Positions 1 through 12,714 of a DNA stretch of 64,000 nt are shown piece by piece; the stretch's first letter is position 1, and each line of letters opens with the position of its first letter. A model generated the notes under the pieces. That model made no database searches, was not told where the DNA came from, and saw only the letters and a list, made by a program, of their open reading frames with translations. The position numbers and the translations under genes are program-made. This DNA comes from Eledone cirrhosa. Lineage: Eukaryota. The stretch covers positions 274,970,001-275,034,000 of the forward strand of contig OZ024741.1 in NCBI GenBank assembly GCA_964016885.1, written 5' to 3'.

Positions 1-2151
1 GGACTGCCGCGGCTTTCGGCCACTGAGGCGGAGTGTTGCGAAAAGCCGATAACAACCGCTGAAGTACGGGATGCAATGACTAGTTGCACAAGGGGCAAAT
101 CGCCTGGTTTGGATGGTCTGCCCTATGAACTTTACGTACAAATGCCAAACTTGTTCGGAGGCCTCTTGGCGGACGTCTACTGCAACTGGCAACAGAACGG
201 GAGAATTCCCAGCTCTGTGAGCCGAGGAGCGGTGGCGCTGCTGAGAAAGGATCCGAACAAGGGGGATAACATAGATAATTTTAGGCCCATAACTCTGCTA
301 AACACAGAGTTCAAGATTTTGGCCAAGGTGCTAGCAAAGAGGTTGGCGCTTGTCGTTGGTGGTCTGGTGGGAGAGGCACAGACATGCGCCATTCCCGACA
401 GATCCATCCACGACAACCTCCACCTCATGCGATACATCGTAGAGAGGGTAGCTAGGGAACCTGGCACGGGTGGGTCTTTGATCAATTTAGATCAGTCGAA
501 AGCCTTCGATAGGGTCGACCATCGTTACCTAGCGGCAGTCCTGAGGGCGGCTGGCTTTGGGCCCGTCTTCAGAGGCTGGATCGCTGCCATGCACAGCGAC
601 ATCTGCTCTGTAGTGAGAGTGAACGGTCACCTTTCGGAACCGTTCAACATCATGCGCTCGGTCCGCCAAGGATGTCCCCTCTCGTCCCTATTGTACGTAT
701 TGACTCTCGAGCCATTACTGCACAAACTGGAGACGTTGAGGGGGGTCCCGCGCGAACTAGGATGCGGAAGATCCGTGTCAGCATATGCCGACGATGTCAC
801 CGTAGTGGTGTCGAACGCCAAACACATCGAGGCGATCGGCACTACACTAAGAGAATACGAAGCGGTGACAGGAGCAATGATCAACCAGGAAAAGTCAGTG
901 GGCCTGCAGCTCGGCACCTGGAGAGGCAGGTCCATGCCGTCCAACAGCGTCGTCGGGCGCTGGACGGACGGACCGGTTAAATTGCTAGGGGTCTGGTTCG
1001 GTCCAGACCTCCAGACGGACAAAAACTGGGACGAGGTGACGAGCAGGGTGGCTTCTCTCACCCAGAAATGGGCCGAGAGGAAGCTATCCCTGAAAGGTCG
1101 AGCGGAGGTGGCGAATGCGTACATCGCATCCGTCATCTACTACCGCCTGACCGTCGTACCTTGTCCTAAGCCCCGCCTGACTGCGCTGGAGCGTTTGCTC
1201 TTTCGCTTCTTGTGGAAGGGACGCGCTCCGATGGTCAGGCGGTCCATCTGCTGTCAACACCCGCTACGTGGAGGGCTGGGCATGCCGTGGCTGATGATGC
1301 GCAGACACGCGCTCAGGCTACGACATCTCCACCTCTTCCTCGACGGTGATCAGGTGTGGTCGCCGTTTGCAAGACACGTTTTTCCCCAGCTCGTCTCCTT
1401 GACGGAGCTGCAGTCCTGGGTCAAGCGAAGACCGAGAGGGAGCGCTTGGAGACTGGAATGTCTTCAGGCGCTCACAGCCCTCGGCCAATCGGGCAATGTG
1501 ATCGGTGGAAACTCCACCTTGGCGTTCTATAGGGGATTAGTGGAGGGGAAGAGCGACGACGTACTTGGAGAAACTCTAGGCGTCGACGAAAATCAACTAG
1601 CCAATCTCTTCGGAAGGACTTTCGGGCCGGGGCCTATGGACAACTTCCAGAAATCCCTGGCCTGGCAGTGCTACCGAGGAGCTTTGCCAGTTCGGGATAA
1701 ACTCTACAGGCATGGAGGTGCCGTCAGCCGGGCATGTCCGAGATGCGCGCAGGGCGACGAAACCGTCCTGCACGCACTCGTCCAGTGTCCGAGCATTGCT
1801 GACTTGTGGGTTTATGTCGAACACCTGCTGTCACGTGTAGGACGGATCCAGCTATCAGCTGAGTCCATCGTGAGGATTGCCCCGCCCCCTTCCTTTAGCC
1901 TGGAAGGGCAGGCAGTTTTTATCTGTCTGGTGGCCATGGCGAAAGAGATAGTATGGTGGACACGTTTGAAAGGGCTGAAGACGAGCACTTACCTCTTCGG
2001 TGATGCCCTGATTAACTTTTTCAAATTTCATTTGAAAAGGAAAATCAGGGTAGAGAGGGAAGTGCTCTCTTCCCAGTATTTTGTTGAAAGATGGGTGAGA
2101 GAAGCAAGTATGGCCCGAATGAATGGGCCTTCTCTGAGTATGTGTCTGTAA
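1..2151 (+). CDS. Tx1/L1 ORF2, reverse transcriptase plus C-terminal zinc-binding domain (5'-partial, frame open from base 1)
   Basis: Motifs KSPGLDGLP, NFRPITLLN, DQSKAFDRV, RQGCPLS, YADD, VKLLGV and CPRCAQGDETVLHALVQC; no stops in 1-2151. Confidence 0.93.
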   Translation, partial: GLPRLSATEAECCEKPITTAEVRDAMTSCTRGKSPGLDGLPYELYVQMPNLFGGLLADVYCNWQQNGRIPSSVSRGAVALLRKDPNKGDNIDNFRPITLLNTEFKILAKVLAKRLALVVGGLVGEAQTCAIPDRSIHDNLHLMRYIVERVAREPGTGGSLINLDQSKAFDRVDHRYLAAVLRAAGFGPVFRGWIAAMHSDICSVVRVNGHLSEPFNIMRSVRQGCPLSSLLYVLTLEPLLHKLETLRGVPRELGCGRSVSAYADDVTVVVSNAKHIEAIGTTLREYEAVTGAMINQEKSVGLQLGTWRGRSMPSNSVVGRWTDGPVKLLGVWFGPDLQTDKNWDEVTSRVASLTQKWAERKLSLKGRAEVANAYIASVIYYRLTVVPCPKPRLTALERLLFRFLWKGRAPMVRRSICCQHPLRGGLGMPWLMMRRHALRLRHLHLFLDGDQVWSPFARHVFPQLVSLTELQSWVKRRPRGSAWRLECLQALTALGQSGNVIGGNSTLAFYRGLVEGKSDDVLGETLGVDENQLANLFGRTFGPGPMDNFQKSLAWQCYRGALPVRDKLYRHGGAVSRACPRCAQGDETVLHALVQCPSIADLWVYVEHLLSRVGRIQLSAESIVRIAPPPSFSLEGQAVFICLVAMAKEIVWWTRLKGLKTSTYLFGDALINFFKFHLKRKIRVEREVLSSQYFVERWVREASMARMNGPSLSMCL

Positions 2152-2395
2152 ATTAAAGGTGGAAAACTGGGAGAGGGCACTTGCCCTGGTGGTCAGGGCC
2201 ACTGTGGTCTTTTAATGGGCTTTCTCCACAAATGTCCCTTGGAAGTCTCCCCCCTATTGGGGAATTTTTCTTTGTTATTTTATTTCAACCTCTGTTTTTT
2301 TTTACACGCAGAAATGCCCATTTGTACCGTCCTGTATTGTCCTGTACTGTCCTTAATGTCTACTTTATGTGAACCCTTGTGGTTAATAAAGAAAA

Positions 2396-2446
<51 letters not shown>
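1..2446 (+). mobile_element. L1/Tx1-clade non-LTR retrotransposon, copy 1 (5' part outside window), ending in AATAAA and (ATT)n tail
   Basis: RT ORF to 2151, 3' UTR, aataaagaaaac at ~2385-2396, then (ATT)n to 2446. Confidence 0.93.
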
Positions 2447-4728
2447 GGGTCTGTTCGGACGTCCTTTTTCCCCAGTAAGTCGTTTTATTTACTTGTTATA
2501 ATTATTTGTTGTTAAATTTTTATTGTTGTGTAAGGGATATAAACCCTTGGACTTTGCCCTGTGAAAGGGAAAGTACAATATTTGAACATTTTACTGTTGA
2601 AAATTAAAAACTTAAAAAAAACATGGCTGAGGCATCCCCCCTCCCCCCATCAGACTGACCAGGAGTGCATCGAGGCCATCCCAGATATCATAGACCTCGA
2701 AGAAGGACTCCAGCTCCCTATAAGTGTGGAGAGAAGGCGCCCAAAGTGCTATCTCTGTGGACAGAAGGGTCACCTCAGGGCGTTCTGCCCGCAGAAGACA
2801 GCCAAGAAGAGGGCCCCCCGCCCCCTCCTTCCGACGCCGGATTCGTTGCTACCAAGAGCAGAGCAGGAAACAGAGGCAGAAGACCCTTCCATGGTGAATA
2901 GGAGGGCAACGTCCATGGCACTCATACCAAGGCCACGGACTACTAAAATAGCGGCAGCAGTGGCGGCAACACCAACAGTCGCAGTAGCTACACCGGCGGC
3001 AAAATCGCCGGAGCGGGCTCCACTACCACCACCAACAGCAGTGGAGCTCATGCCCCTCCCAGACGCCACGGAATCCGACATGGAGTGTGAGGCGGGAGGG
3101 AAGTGGCAAACGGTCTGCCACAAAAAAAAACAAAAAAGGAAAAACCCATTAGCTTTACCCTCCAAAAGCGAAGGCAAACGAAGAGGGGTAAAGGCTGCAA
3201 GGAGACTTGCAGCAACACCACCACCATCACCGTCACCACCACAAGCACCACTACAAACAACAACAACACCACCACCAGCATCACCAAAATCACCAACATC
3301 GCAAACACAACATAACACCCCTTCCCCCAAAAAAAGTACACAGCCATAAACATGGCAAATAAAGAACTCTTACAACATATAAAGCAGCACACAGACATCA
3401 CAAAAGAAAACTACTACACCCCACCAACACCAAGAACTCTCCCGACAAACATAAACATCATTGAAATCAAAATAGAACATTACAAACTTTTAAAACAAAA
3501 ATTCCCCAACGCAGTTGGAGACTTCAGAGGGTCGGTTACCAAGAGGATATACACCGACATCCTCTTGGAAACACCCATGACCAGCCAAAGGGACGTTTCT
3601 ACTGTCCCTTCACCACACGATCAAGGTAAGTGATCCTTTCTCACTTACCCCGTTTCTCATCCAGCATGGCCGTACGTAGAATAGGCAGTATAAATGTACG
3701 TGACCTGGGGTCATCTTGGAAGCAGGGTCACCTGCTCAACGACCTCAAGTCACTAAATATAGATGTGGTGGCCATCAGCGAGACCAGAATCTCCGAAGCA
3801 CGACCCTTCGCACCGATCTTCGGCGGCTACGATGTATACGTATCTCCCAGCCGTCCAGGATCGGGGGAGGGTTTGCCGTACTTTTTCGGAGAGGCTTGGA
3901 TCTCGCCATACGGGCCATCTTCCTGGACCCAGAAGGTAAGTCGGTGGTGCTGAACGTGACCGGCAGCGAAGGCAATTCTTTCAGGCTAGTAGCCGGCTAC
4001 GCCCCAACCTGGGCAGGATGGCCAGATTTCTTCAGACGTATAGAGACCTTTCTTGGAACGTCCCGCTCTTTAGTGTTAGTGGGCGACTGGAACGGTATCT
4101 TAGATGTACGCTGGGATTATGTGGGGCTAGTAGACAGGGCTAGTGGTCGGAAAGAGCGACGACGTTCTCGGGGCGACCCTGGGCGTCGAAGACGATCAGC
4201 TGTTCGCTCTCTTCAGACCGGGGCCTATGGACAACTTCCAGAAATCCCTGGCCTGGCAGTGCTACCGGGGAGCGTTGCCGGTTCGGGATAAGCTCTACAG
4301 GCACTGAGGTGCTGTCAGCCGAGCCTGTCCGAGATGCGCGCAGGGCGACGAAACCGTTGTGCACGCACTCGGTGGGTGAAAGAGGCGAGTCTGGTCCGAG
4401 TGAACGGGCCCGCTCTGAGTATACGTCTGTAGACTGAGGAGTGGGAAAAGTGAGAGGGCACTTGCCCTGGTGGTCAGAGTGGTCGTTGTCTTTTGTGTGG
4501 TTTTCGCCACGAGTGACCCTCGGAGGTTTCCCTCCTTTTGGGAAATTTTTGTTGTTTGAATTTTTTTGGATTTCTAGCCCGATTTTGTTATAACCTGTTT
4601 ACACGACCAAAACCCACTTTGTATCATCCTGTACCGTTCTGTGCCGTCTGTAATGTTTTTCTTCGTGTCAGCCCTTGAGGCCAATAAAGAAACCGTTGTT
4701 GTTGTTGTTGTTATTATTATTATTATTA
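2447..4728 (+). mobile_element. Tx1 copy 2, internally deleted: putative 5' UTR, ORF1 3' half, endonuclease N-terminus fused to ORF2 C-terminal fragments, 3' UTR, (GTT/ATT)n tail
   Basis: Zinc knuckle CYLCGQKGHLRAFC; ORF2 start ATG ~3667 (RIGSINVR, ISETR, GDWN); jump at ~4140 to sequence matching 11775-11830; AATAAA at ~4683. Confidence 0.85.
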
Positions 4729-6899
4729 AAGAGGGATACATTAGACAACTTCAGGCCCATAACTCTGCTCAACACAGAGTTTAAGATTTTGTCCAAGGTG
4801 TTAGCAAAGAGATTGGCGCTTGTCGTCGAGAATTTGGTTGGGGAGGCGCAAACTTGCGCAATCCCATCCAGGTCCATACACGACAATGCGATACATCATA
4901 GAGAGGGTATGGTGTAAACCTGGCTTCGGTGGGGCACTGATCAATTTAGATCAATCGAAAGCATTCGATAGGGCCGACCATCGGTATCTGGAGTTTGTCC
5001 TCAAAGCAGCTGGCTTCGGCCCTGTCTTTAGAAGCTGGATCGCTGCAATGCACAGCGGCACACGCTCGGTGGTCAAGGTTAATGGCCACCTCTCGAAACC
5101 ATTTCGGCTCTCCCGATCGGTCCGTCAAGGGTGCCCTCTCTCTTCCCTTCTGTACGTATTGACTCTCGAGCCTTTACTGCGGAAGCTGGAGCTGTTGCAG
5201 GGCATCCCGCTCGAACTGGGACTTGGAAAGGCGGTGTCGGCTTATGCGGACATCACCGTGATGGTGTCGAACACCTCAGAAATCGAGGTGGTCGGCGCCT
5301 TATTGAAGGAATATGAAAGGTTGACAGGAGCCAAACTTAACCCGGAAAAGTCGGTGGGCTTGCAGCTCGGAACCTGGAGAGGCAAGCCCATGCCGTCCAA
5401 CAGCGTCGTGGGGCGCTGGAGGGACGGACCGGTAAAGTTGCTCGGGGTTTGGTTCGGACCAGACCTCCAGGTGGAAAAGAATTGGGACGAGGTAACGAGC
5501 ATAGTAGCCAGTCTCACCCAAAAATGGGCTGGGAGGAAGCTATCACTGAAAGGTCGCGCGGAGGTGACGAATGCGTACATCGTGTCCGTCATCTACTACC
5601 ACGTGACCGTCGTGCCTTTCCCCCGTCCGCGCCTCAAGTTGGAACGGCTCCTCTTCAAATTCTTGTGGAGGGGACAAGTTCCGTTGGTGAGGCGGTCCAT
5701 CTGCTGCCAGCACCCTCTACGCGGAGGGCTGGGCATACCGTGGCTAATGATGCGCAGACATGCGTTGAGGCTGCGACATCTCCAGATATTCTGCCTCAAC
5801 GGTGAACAGGTGTGGTCGCCGTTTATCAGACAGGCCTTTCCGCAGCTCATTTCTTTGACTGAGCTGCAGTCCTGGGTCAAGAAGAGACCGAGACTGGGTG
5901 ACTGGCACCTGGAATGTTGCCAGGCACTCACTGCCCTCTACCAAGCGGGCAATGCGATCAGTGGAACTTCCCCTCTCGAATTCTATAGAGGATTAGTGGT
6001 GGGCAAGTGCGATGACGCACTCGGAGAAGCTTTGGGCCTCGATGAGGTCGAACTGACCAGTCTGTACCGGAGGACTTTTGAGCCGGGGATGATGGACAAT
6101 TTCCAGAAATCCCTCGCTTGGCAGTGCTACCGGGGGGCACTGCCGGTTCGGGATAAACTCTGCAGGCACGGAAGTGCTGTCAGACGGACCTGCCCAATAT
6201 GCGCACAGAACGACGAAACCGTTCTGCACGCACTTGTCCAGTGTCCGTGCATTGCTGACTTGTGGAGTTATGTCGAACAGCTACTCTTGCGTGTGGAACG
6301 AATCCAGTTATCGGCCGAGTCCATAGTGAAGATCGATCCACCGCCTTCCTTAGGTCAGGAAGAGCAGGAAATTTTCCTGTCTGGTGGCAGTTGCGAAAGA
6401 GATTATATGGTGGACCAGGTTGAAAGGACTAAAGACAGACACTTTTCTCTTCGGCCAATCCCTCATCAACTTCTTCAAGTTTCACCTGGAAAGGAAGGTG
6501 AGGGTGGAGAGAGAAGTGCTGCCCCCCAGTACATTTGCTAAAAGGTGGGTGAATGTGGCGAGAATGGCTCGTGTGAATGGGCCTACTCTGACCATGCGCC
6601 TATTGGCTAACTAACTTGAGGAGAGGGGTGCTCTCCCTGGGTGCCCTAGAAGCGCAGTGTGGTTCAGGATTGGTGGGGTACCCGAATCACCCCAGGGTCG
6701 TCCATCCCCTATCGGGGAATTTATTTTGTTATATTTATGCATAGTTTATTTTATATTTTTATATTTTCATTGTTAAATTAGTCTTGCCATTGTGAATTTT
6801 TACTCGACCTTATTGTAAACCCCCACTGTCCCTGTCTTTGTATTGTCCCCTACATGTCGGCCCCTGTGGCTAATAAATGAAATCATTATTATTATTATA

Positions 6900-6940
<41 letters not shown>
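4729..6940 (+). mobile_element. Tx1 copy 3 (second subfamily), 5'-truncated within RT, frameshifted
   Basis: Starts directly after the previous tail at NFRPITLLN; RQGCPLS, YAD(-), CPICAQNDETVLHALVQC; distinct 3' UTR; AATAAA ~6872; (ATT)n to 6940. Confidence 0.9.
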
Positions 6941-7043
6941 GAAATTAATTTTGCCATTCATCCTTACGGGGTCAATAAAATAAAGTACCAGTAATACACT
7001 GGTTAATTGCTGGCCTTGTGCCTAAAGTAGAAACAATTATTAT
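6941..7043 (+). mobile_element. tRNA-derived SINE, 3' fragment
   Basis: tcatccttacggggtcaataaaataaagtaccag...ggccttgtgcctaaagtagaaacaattatt matches the full copy at 35776. Confidence 0.85.
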
Positions 7044-7258
7044 TGAAGGTGAAGCCACGCTTTTTATCGCCGCCAATTTTTTTTTCAACAGTTTACCTCG
7101 TTTTCAACCATTCTAAACCTTTTATTCAAGTTTTAAACTTGATAAAAGTTTAGAAGTGACCCACCTAATGCAGGGGTTCACTAGCAAATAATACGGCACC
7201 CCTTTACGGGATGTCGTATTATGTAAAAATATTATTTGAAAAAAAAATTTCTTTCAAC

Positions 7259-8940
7259 ATGGATAACACAAGAAAGAGAGAGAGAGCGCTGTCAGACAAC
7301 ACAGAGAGAGGGAGACTTTGTCAACAAGACAGCGTTCTAGCGAAGGTAAATATAAAAGAAAATATTACGAAGGAAAGGAGGAACAATAGCATTTTTAATG
7401 ATATTGTTACAGATTTAAAATTACCAAATATTTCTAACACAAACAACACCAACAACAACACCATCAATGACAACACCAACAATAACACCAACAATAACAC
7501 CAACAATAAATACACCATCAATAACAACAGCAACAACAAAAATAACAGCGGTAAGGTCGAGAACGACAATAACAATGACAATAACAACAGCCACAACAAC
7601 AATAATAGTAGGAACAGTATCAACAAAAACAACAATAATAACAACAGCCACAATAACAGTAACAACAGCAACAGTATCAACGAAAACAACAACAACAACA
7701 CCAACAACTGTACCAACGAAAACATCAACAATGACATCGATACCTGTAACAGCGATCTCAGCACCACCAGCAAGACCAATAGCGGCAACAATAGTGGTGC
7801 TACTGAAAAAGGGACCATTTCTTTTGCAGGTGTGCCCGAAATATCGAAACAATGTTAGTCACAGAGGAGGACATGGCAGTCGCAAGGGCCATGGTGACAA
7901 GAAACGCCAATAGAGTTTCCCTGAAACCTCCAACGATCTTTTCAAGGACCAGCAGCTACGGACGGTGAATTACCGCACCGTAAGCAAAATGTCACATCGG
8001 GTGGAGAGAGCCACGGAGGTTCAAATCCGAAAGGCCTTGGGGTGCGTCTGGGCGCGCAAAACCCACATTATCCGAGGCAGAAAGTACGCCACAGTAGACG
8101 TACTTTTCCCAACCCCCCAAGACGCGAAGTCTCACTCTTTGGAAACCCTAAAGAGTGAGGAGATAGTCTTAGTGCCCTCCTACTGCGGGCAGAAAATTGT
8201 GAGGGTCAAAGTGACCCACGTCCCACCCGAGGTGCTCATACCTTGTCTGGCCGCGTCTGTCCTTGCTGAAATCGAGGACAGGACGACCATGCTGCAAGTA
8301 GAGAAAATAGGGAGAGAGAACTGGTCAGGTATAGGCATGCAAATGCTTATACAAACTGTCCAGGAATGTATCGACGCTATCCCCGATATCATAGATCTCG
8401 AGGAAGGACTCCAACTCCCTATAAGCGTGGTAGGAAGACGGCCAAAATGTTATCTCTGTGGGTCGAAGGGTCACCTCAGGGCCTTTTGCCCGCAGAATTC
8501 AGCGAAGAAGAAGGCCTCTCTCCTTCCAATACCTGGTCCGCTGCTACCAAAAGCAGGGCAGGCAACAAACGCAGAAGCCCATTCGACGGTGAGTAGGAGG
8601 GCAACGTCCGTGGCACCCGTACCAAGCCACGGACAACTAAAGCAGCAGCTTCAGTGGCGGCAACACCAATAGCTACATTTGAAGTAGCTGCACCAGCAAC
8701 AAAATCGCCGGAGAGGGCTCCACTACCACCACCAACAGCTGTAGGGCACATACCCCCTCCCAGACGCCATGGAATCCGACATGGAGTTTGAGGCGGGAGT
8801 GAAGTGGCAAACGGTCTGCCACAAAAAAAACAACAGAAAAGAAAAAAACCCTTAGATTCACCCTCCATCCTCTTGGAAACACCCATGACCAGCCAAAGGG
8901 ACGGTTCTACTGTCCCCTCACCACACGATCAAGGTAAGTG
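7259..8940 (+). pseudogene. Tx1 ORF1 (gag-like, CCHC zinc knuckle, Asn-rich low-complexity N-terminal tract), frameshifted
   Basis: ORF pieces 7211-7858 and 7965-8672; CYLCGSKGHLRAFC; ends ccacacgatcaaggtaagtga like copy 2. Confidence 0.8.
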
Positions 8941-8973
8941 ACCCTTTCTCACTTGCCCCATTTCTCATCCAAC

Positions 8974-11900
8974 ATGGCCGTACTCAGAATAGGCAGTATA
9001 AATGCACGTGGCCTGGTGTCATCTTGGAACCAGGGTCACCTGCTCAACGACCTCAGGTCACTAAACATAGATTTGGTGGCCATCAGCGAGACTAGAATCT
9101 CCGAAGCACAAGCCTTCGCACCGATCTTCGGCGGCTACGATGTATACGCATCTCCCAGCCGTCCAGGATCGGGGGAGGGGTTGCTTTCTTTTTTCGGAGA
9201 GGCTTGGATCTCGCCATACGGGCCATTTTCATAGACCCAGAAGGTAAGTCGGTTGTGCTGGACGTGACCGGCAGCGAAGGCAATGCTTTCAGGCTAGTAG
9301 CCGCCTATGCCCCAACAGGGGCAGGACGGCCAGATTTCCTCAGACGTCTATAGACCTTTCTTGGAACGTCCCGCTCTTTAGTGTTAGTGGACGACTGGAA
9401 CGGTATCTTGGATGCACGCTGGGATTGTGTGGGGTTAGTGGATAGGGGAGGAGAGTGCAAGAGCCTCACCAACCTGCTCAGACGTTTTGAACTGTCTGAC
9501 AGGTATCGACTGGATCACCCGAATGTGCCAATGTGGACATGGACAAACCGCATCGGGTCATTCAGATCGTATCTCGATAGGGTATTCTGCAGAGAACTAG
9601 ATAAGGCTAGTATAAGTTGTCCACAATTTAAAATAGTCGACTACACAAACCACAAATTTGTGATATCTGAGATCGACAGACAGACTTCATAGACAAGGGC
9701 CCGGTTACTGGAAGCTGAACGCGTCTTTCCCGGCGCGCAAAGCCTACAGAGACCGTATTATCGTATTAGTTAAGCGGGCGTTGACGGGAGCGGTCGTCAA
9801 CAACAGGTGGTGGTTCGCCCTGAAAAAGGCAATTAAAGTAGAGTCGATTAGGTTTAGCAAATGACTAGTGATACAGGAAAATAGAGTAGAGGGAGAACTA
9901 GTCAGAAAGCTAGAAGAGGCGTTTAGGACAGGCATCGCAACCGACGTGCTTGCGGCGAGATTGGCACTCGACCAATTCTTCAACGCAAAACACGAAGGCT
10001 GCGTTGTCAGAGCTAGAGCGCGTGCTCTGAAACACGAGGGAACAAAAGCAGTCCAATGGGCCCGGGTGTCAGAGGCGCGACTTGGTAACAAAGCCACAAT
10101 TCAGTCTTTATCTGACCAAAACGGGTGCGTGTTGCTCGAACCCGAGCAGATGTTTGAAGCTTTTCAGCAACACTTTGCTGAACTGTTCGGGAGCAGCGGC
10201 GGGCCGGATCGGGTGATGGACTTCAGTGCATACCTCGACGGACTGCCTCGGCTCTCGACGACCGCAGCACAGTGTTGTGAAAGCCAATAACAGCCGGTGG
10301 GATATGGGAAGCGATGGCTAACTGCACGAGGGGTAAATCGCCAGGTTTGGATGGTCTTCCCTACGAGCTTTATGCATTAATGCCAGACTTGTTCGGTGAC
10401 CTCTTGGCAGACGTCTACTGCAACTGGCAGTAGAACGGGTGCATTCCCAGTTTTGTGAGCCGAGAAAAGACTCTGAGAAAAGACGCGAACAAGGGGGATG
10501 TTATCGATAATTTCAGGCCTATAACTCTGCTAAACGCAGACTTTTGGCCAAGGTGTTAGCAACGAGGTTGGCACTTGTCTTCAAGGGTCTGGTGGGAGAG
10601 GCGCAAACATGCGCCATTCCGGACAGATCCATACACAACCACCACCTCATGCGATACATCATAGAGAGGGTGGTTAAGGAACCTGGCACGGGTGGGGCCC
10701 TGCTGATCATCTTGGATCAATCCAAAGCATTCGATAGGGTCGACTATCGGTACCTGGCGGCGGTCCTCGAGGCAGCCGGTTTCGGGCCCGTTTTCAGGGG
10801 TTGGATCGTTGTGATGTACAGCGACATCTGCTCAGTTGTGAGGGTGAACGGTCACCTCTCGCAGCCGTTCTGCATCATGCGCTTGGTCCGCCAGGGTTGT
10901 CCCCTCTCGTCCCTCTTGTACGTATTGGCTCTCGAGCCGTTACTGCACAAACTGGGGGCGATGAGGGGCGTCCCACGCGAACTAGGATGCGGGAAATCGG
11001 TTTACGCCGACGACGTCACCGTGGTGGTGTCGAGCACCAGACACGTCCAGATGCTCGGCACCGCTCTCAAGGAATACGAAGCGGTGACAGGAGCAAATAT
11101 AAACCAGGAAAAGTCGGTGGGCTTGCAGCTCGGCACCTGGCGAGGAAAGTTCATGCCGTCCGACAGCGTCGTGGGGCGTTGGACGGACGGACCTGTTAAA
11201 TTGCTCGGGGTCTGGTTCGGACTGGACCTCCAGATGGAGAAAAATTGGAACGAGGTGACGAGCAAGGTGGCCTCCCTCACCCAGAAATGGGCCGAGAGGA
11301 AGCTGTCCCTGACAGGCCAGGCGGAGGTAGCGAATGCGTACATCGCATCCGTCATCTGCTACCGCCTCACCGACGTCCCTTGCCCTGGCCCAACTCTCAC
11401 CAAAATGGAGCACCTCCTCTTCCGATTTTTGCTCCTCTTCCGCTTTTTGTGGAAGGGACGCGCTCCCATGGTCAGACGATCCATCTGCTGTCAACACCCG
11501 TTGCGTGGAGGACTGGGCATGCCATGGCTGATGATGCGCAAACATGCGCTGAAGCTGCGACATCTCTGGTGCTTCCTTGACGGTGAACAGGTGTTGTCGC
11601 CGTCCGTCAGGCACGTTTTCCCACAGCTCGTCTCCTTGACGGAGCTGCAGTCCTGAGTCAGAAAAAGACCGAAGGATGGCGCTTGGAAACTGGAATGTCT
11701 CCAGGCGCTGACTGCCCTCTGCCAGCTGGGCACCAGTATCGGTGGAACATCCACCTCGGCGTTCTATAGAGGACTAGTGGAGGGGAAGAGCGAAGACGTT
11801 CTCGGAGAGATGCTGGGCGTCGAAGAAGATCAGCTGTTTGCTCTCTTCCGGAGAACTTTCAGCCCAGGGCCTATGGATAACTTCCAGAAATCCCTGGCCT

Positions 11901-12381
11901 GGCAGTGCTACCGGCGAGCGTTGCCGGTTCGGGATAAACTCTACAGGTACGGAAGTGCCGACAGCCGAACCTGTCCGAGATGCGCGCAGAGCGACGAAAC
12001 CGTCATGCACGCACTCGTTCAGTGCTCGAGCATTACTGACTTGTGGAGCTATGTCGAACAGTTGCTGTCGCGTGTAGGACTGATCCGGTTATCGACTGAG
12101 TCCAGATGGTCTCACCGTTTTCCTTCGAGGAGGAAGGGCAGGCGGTTTTCATCTGCCTGGTGGCCATGGCGAAAGAGATTGTGTGGTGGACAAGGTTGAA
12201 AGAGTTAAAGACAGACACTTTCCTCTTCGGCGAATCCCTAATTAACTTTTTCAAGTTTCACTTTAAGAGGAAAATCAGGGTGGAGAGGCAAGTGCTGCTT
12301 TCTAGCAAGTTTGTTGAAAGGTGGGTGAATGTAGCGAGAATGGTCCGAGTGAACGGGACAGCTCTGAATAAACGTCTGTAG
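8974..12381 (+). pseudogene. Tx1 ORF2 (APE endonuclease, RT, zinc-binding domain), disrupted
   Basis: RIGSINARGL, ISETR, DWNGILD, WTW, SYLDRVF, TNHKFV, DQSKAFDRV, QGCPLS, YADD, CPRCAQSDETVMHALVQC spread over several frames. Confidence 0.9.
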
Positions 12382-12714
12382 TTTGAGAAATGGAAAAATT
12401 GAGAGAGAGCGCTTGCCCTGGTGGTCAGGATGGCCGTGGTCTTTTGTGTGGTTTTTGCCACGAGTAACCCTCAGAGGTCCCCCCTCCCTCTCCCCCTCCT
12501 ATTGGGGAATTTTTCATTGTTTCAATTTTCATTTTTATTGTTTATATATATGTTTCTATGTCTTTTTTTTTCTTTTCTTATATAAATAATAAAAATATTT
12601 ACACGCACAAAACCCACATCGTACCGTCCTGTACCGTCCTGTGCCGTCTGTAATGTTTTTCTTGATGTCAGCCCTTGTGGCCAATAAAGAAATCATTATT
12701 ATTATTATTATTAT

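Larger units (their letters stand above)
7044..12714 (+). mobile_element. Tx1 copy 4, near full length but inactivated (5' UTR, ORF1, ORF2, 3' UTR, ATT tail)
   Basis: Continuous ORF1-APE-RT-zinc order with several frameshifts and stops; AATAAA ~12683; (ATT)n to 12714. Confidence 0.92.

Noticed and set aside
177-1136. Antisense and alternate-frame ORFs over the RT
   Set aside because: Shadows of the GC-rich ORF2 with no independent motifs
7211-7913. Asn-rich or Thr-rich ORF as a host gene
   Set aside because: It is an AAC/AAT low-complexity tract within Tx1 ORF1
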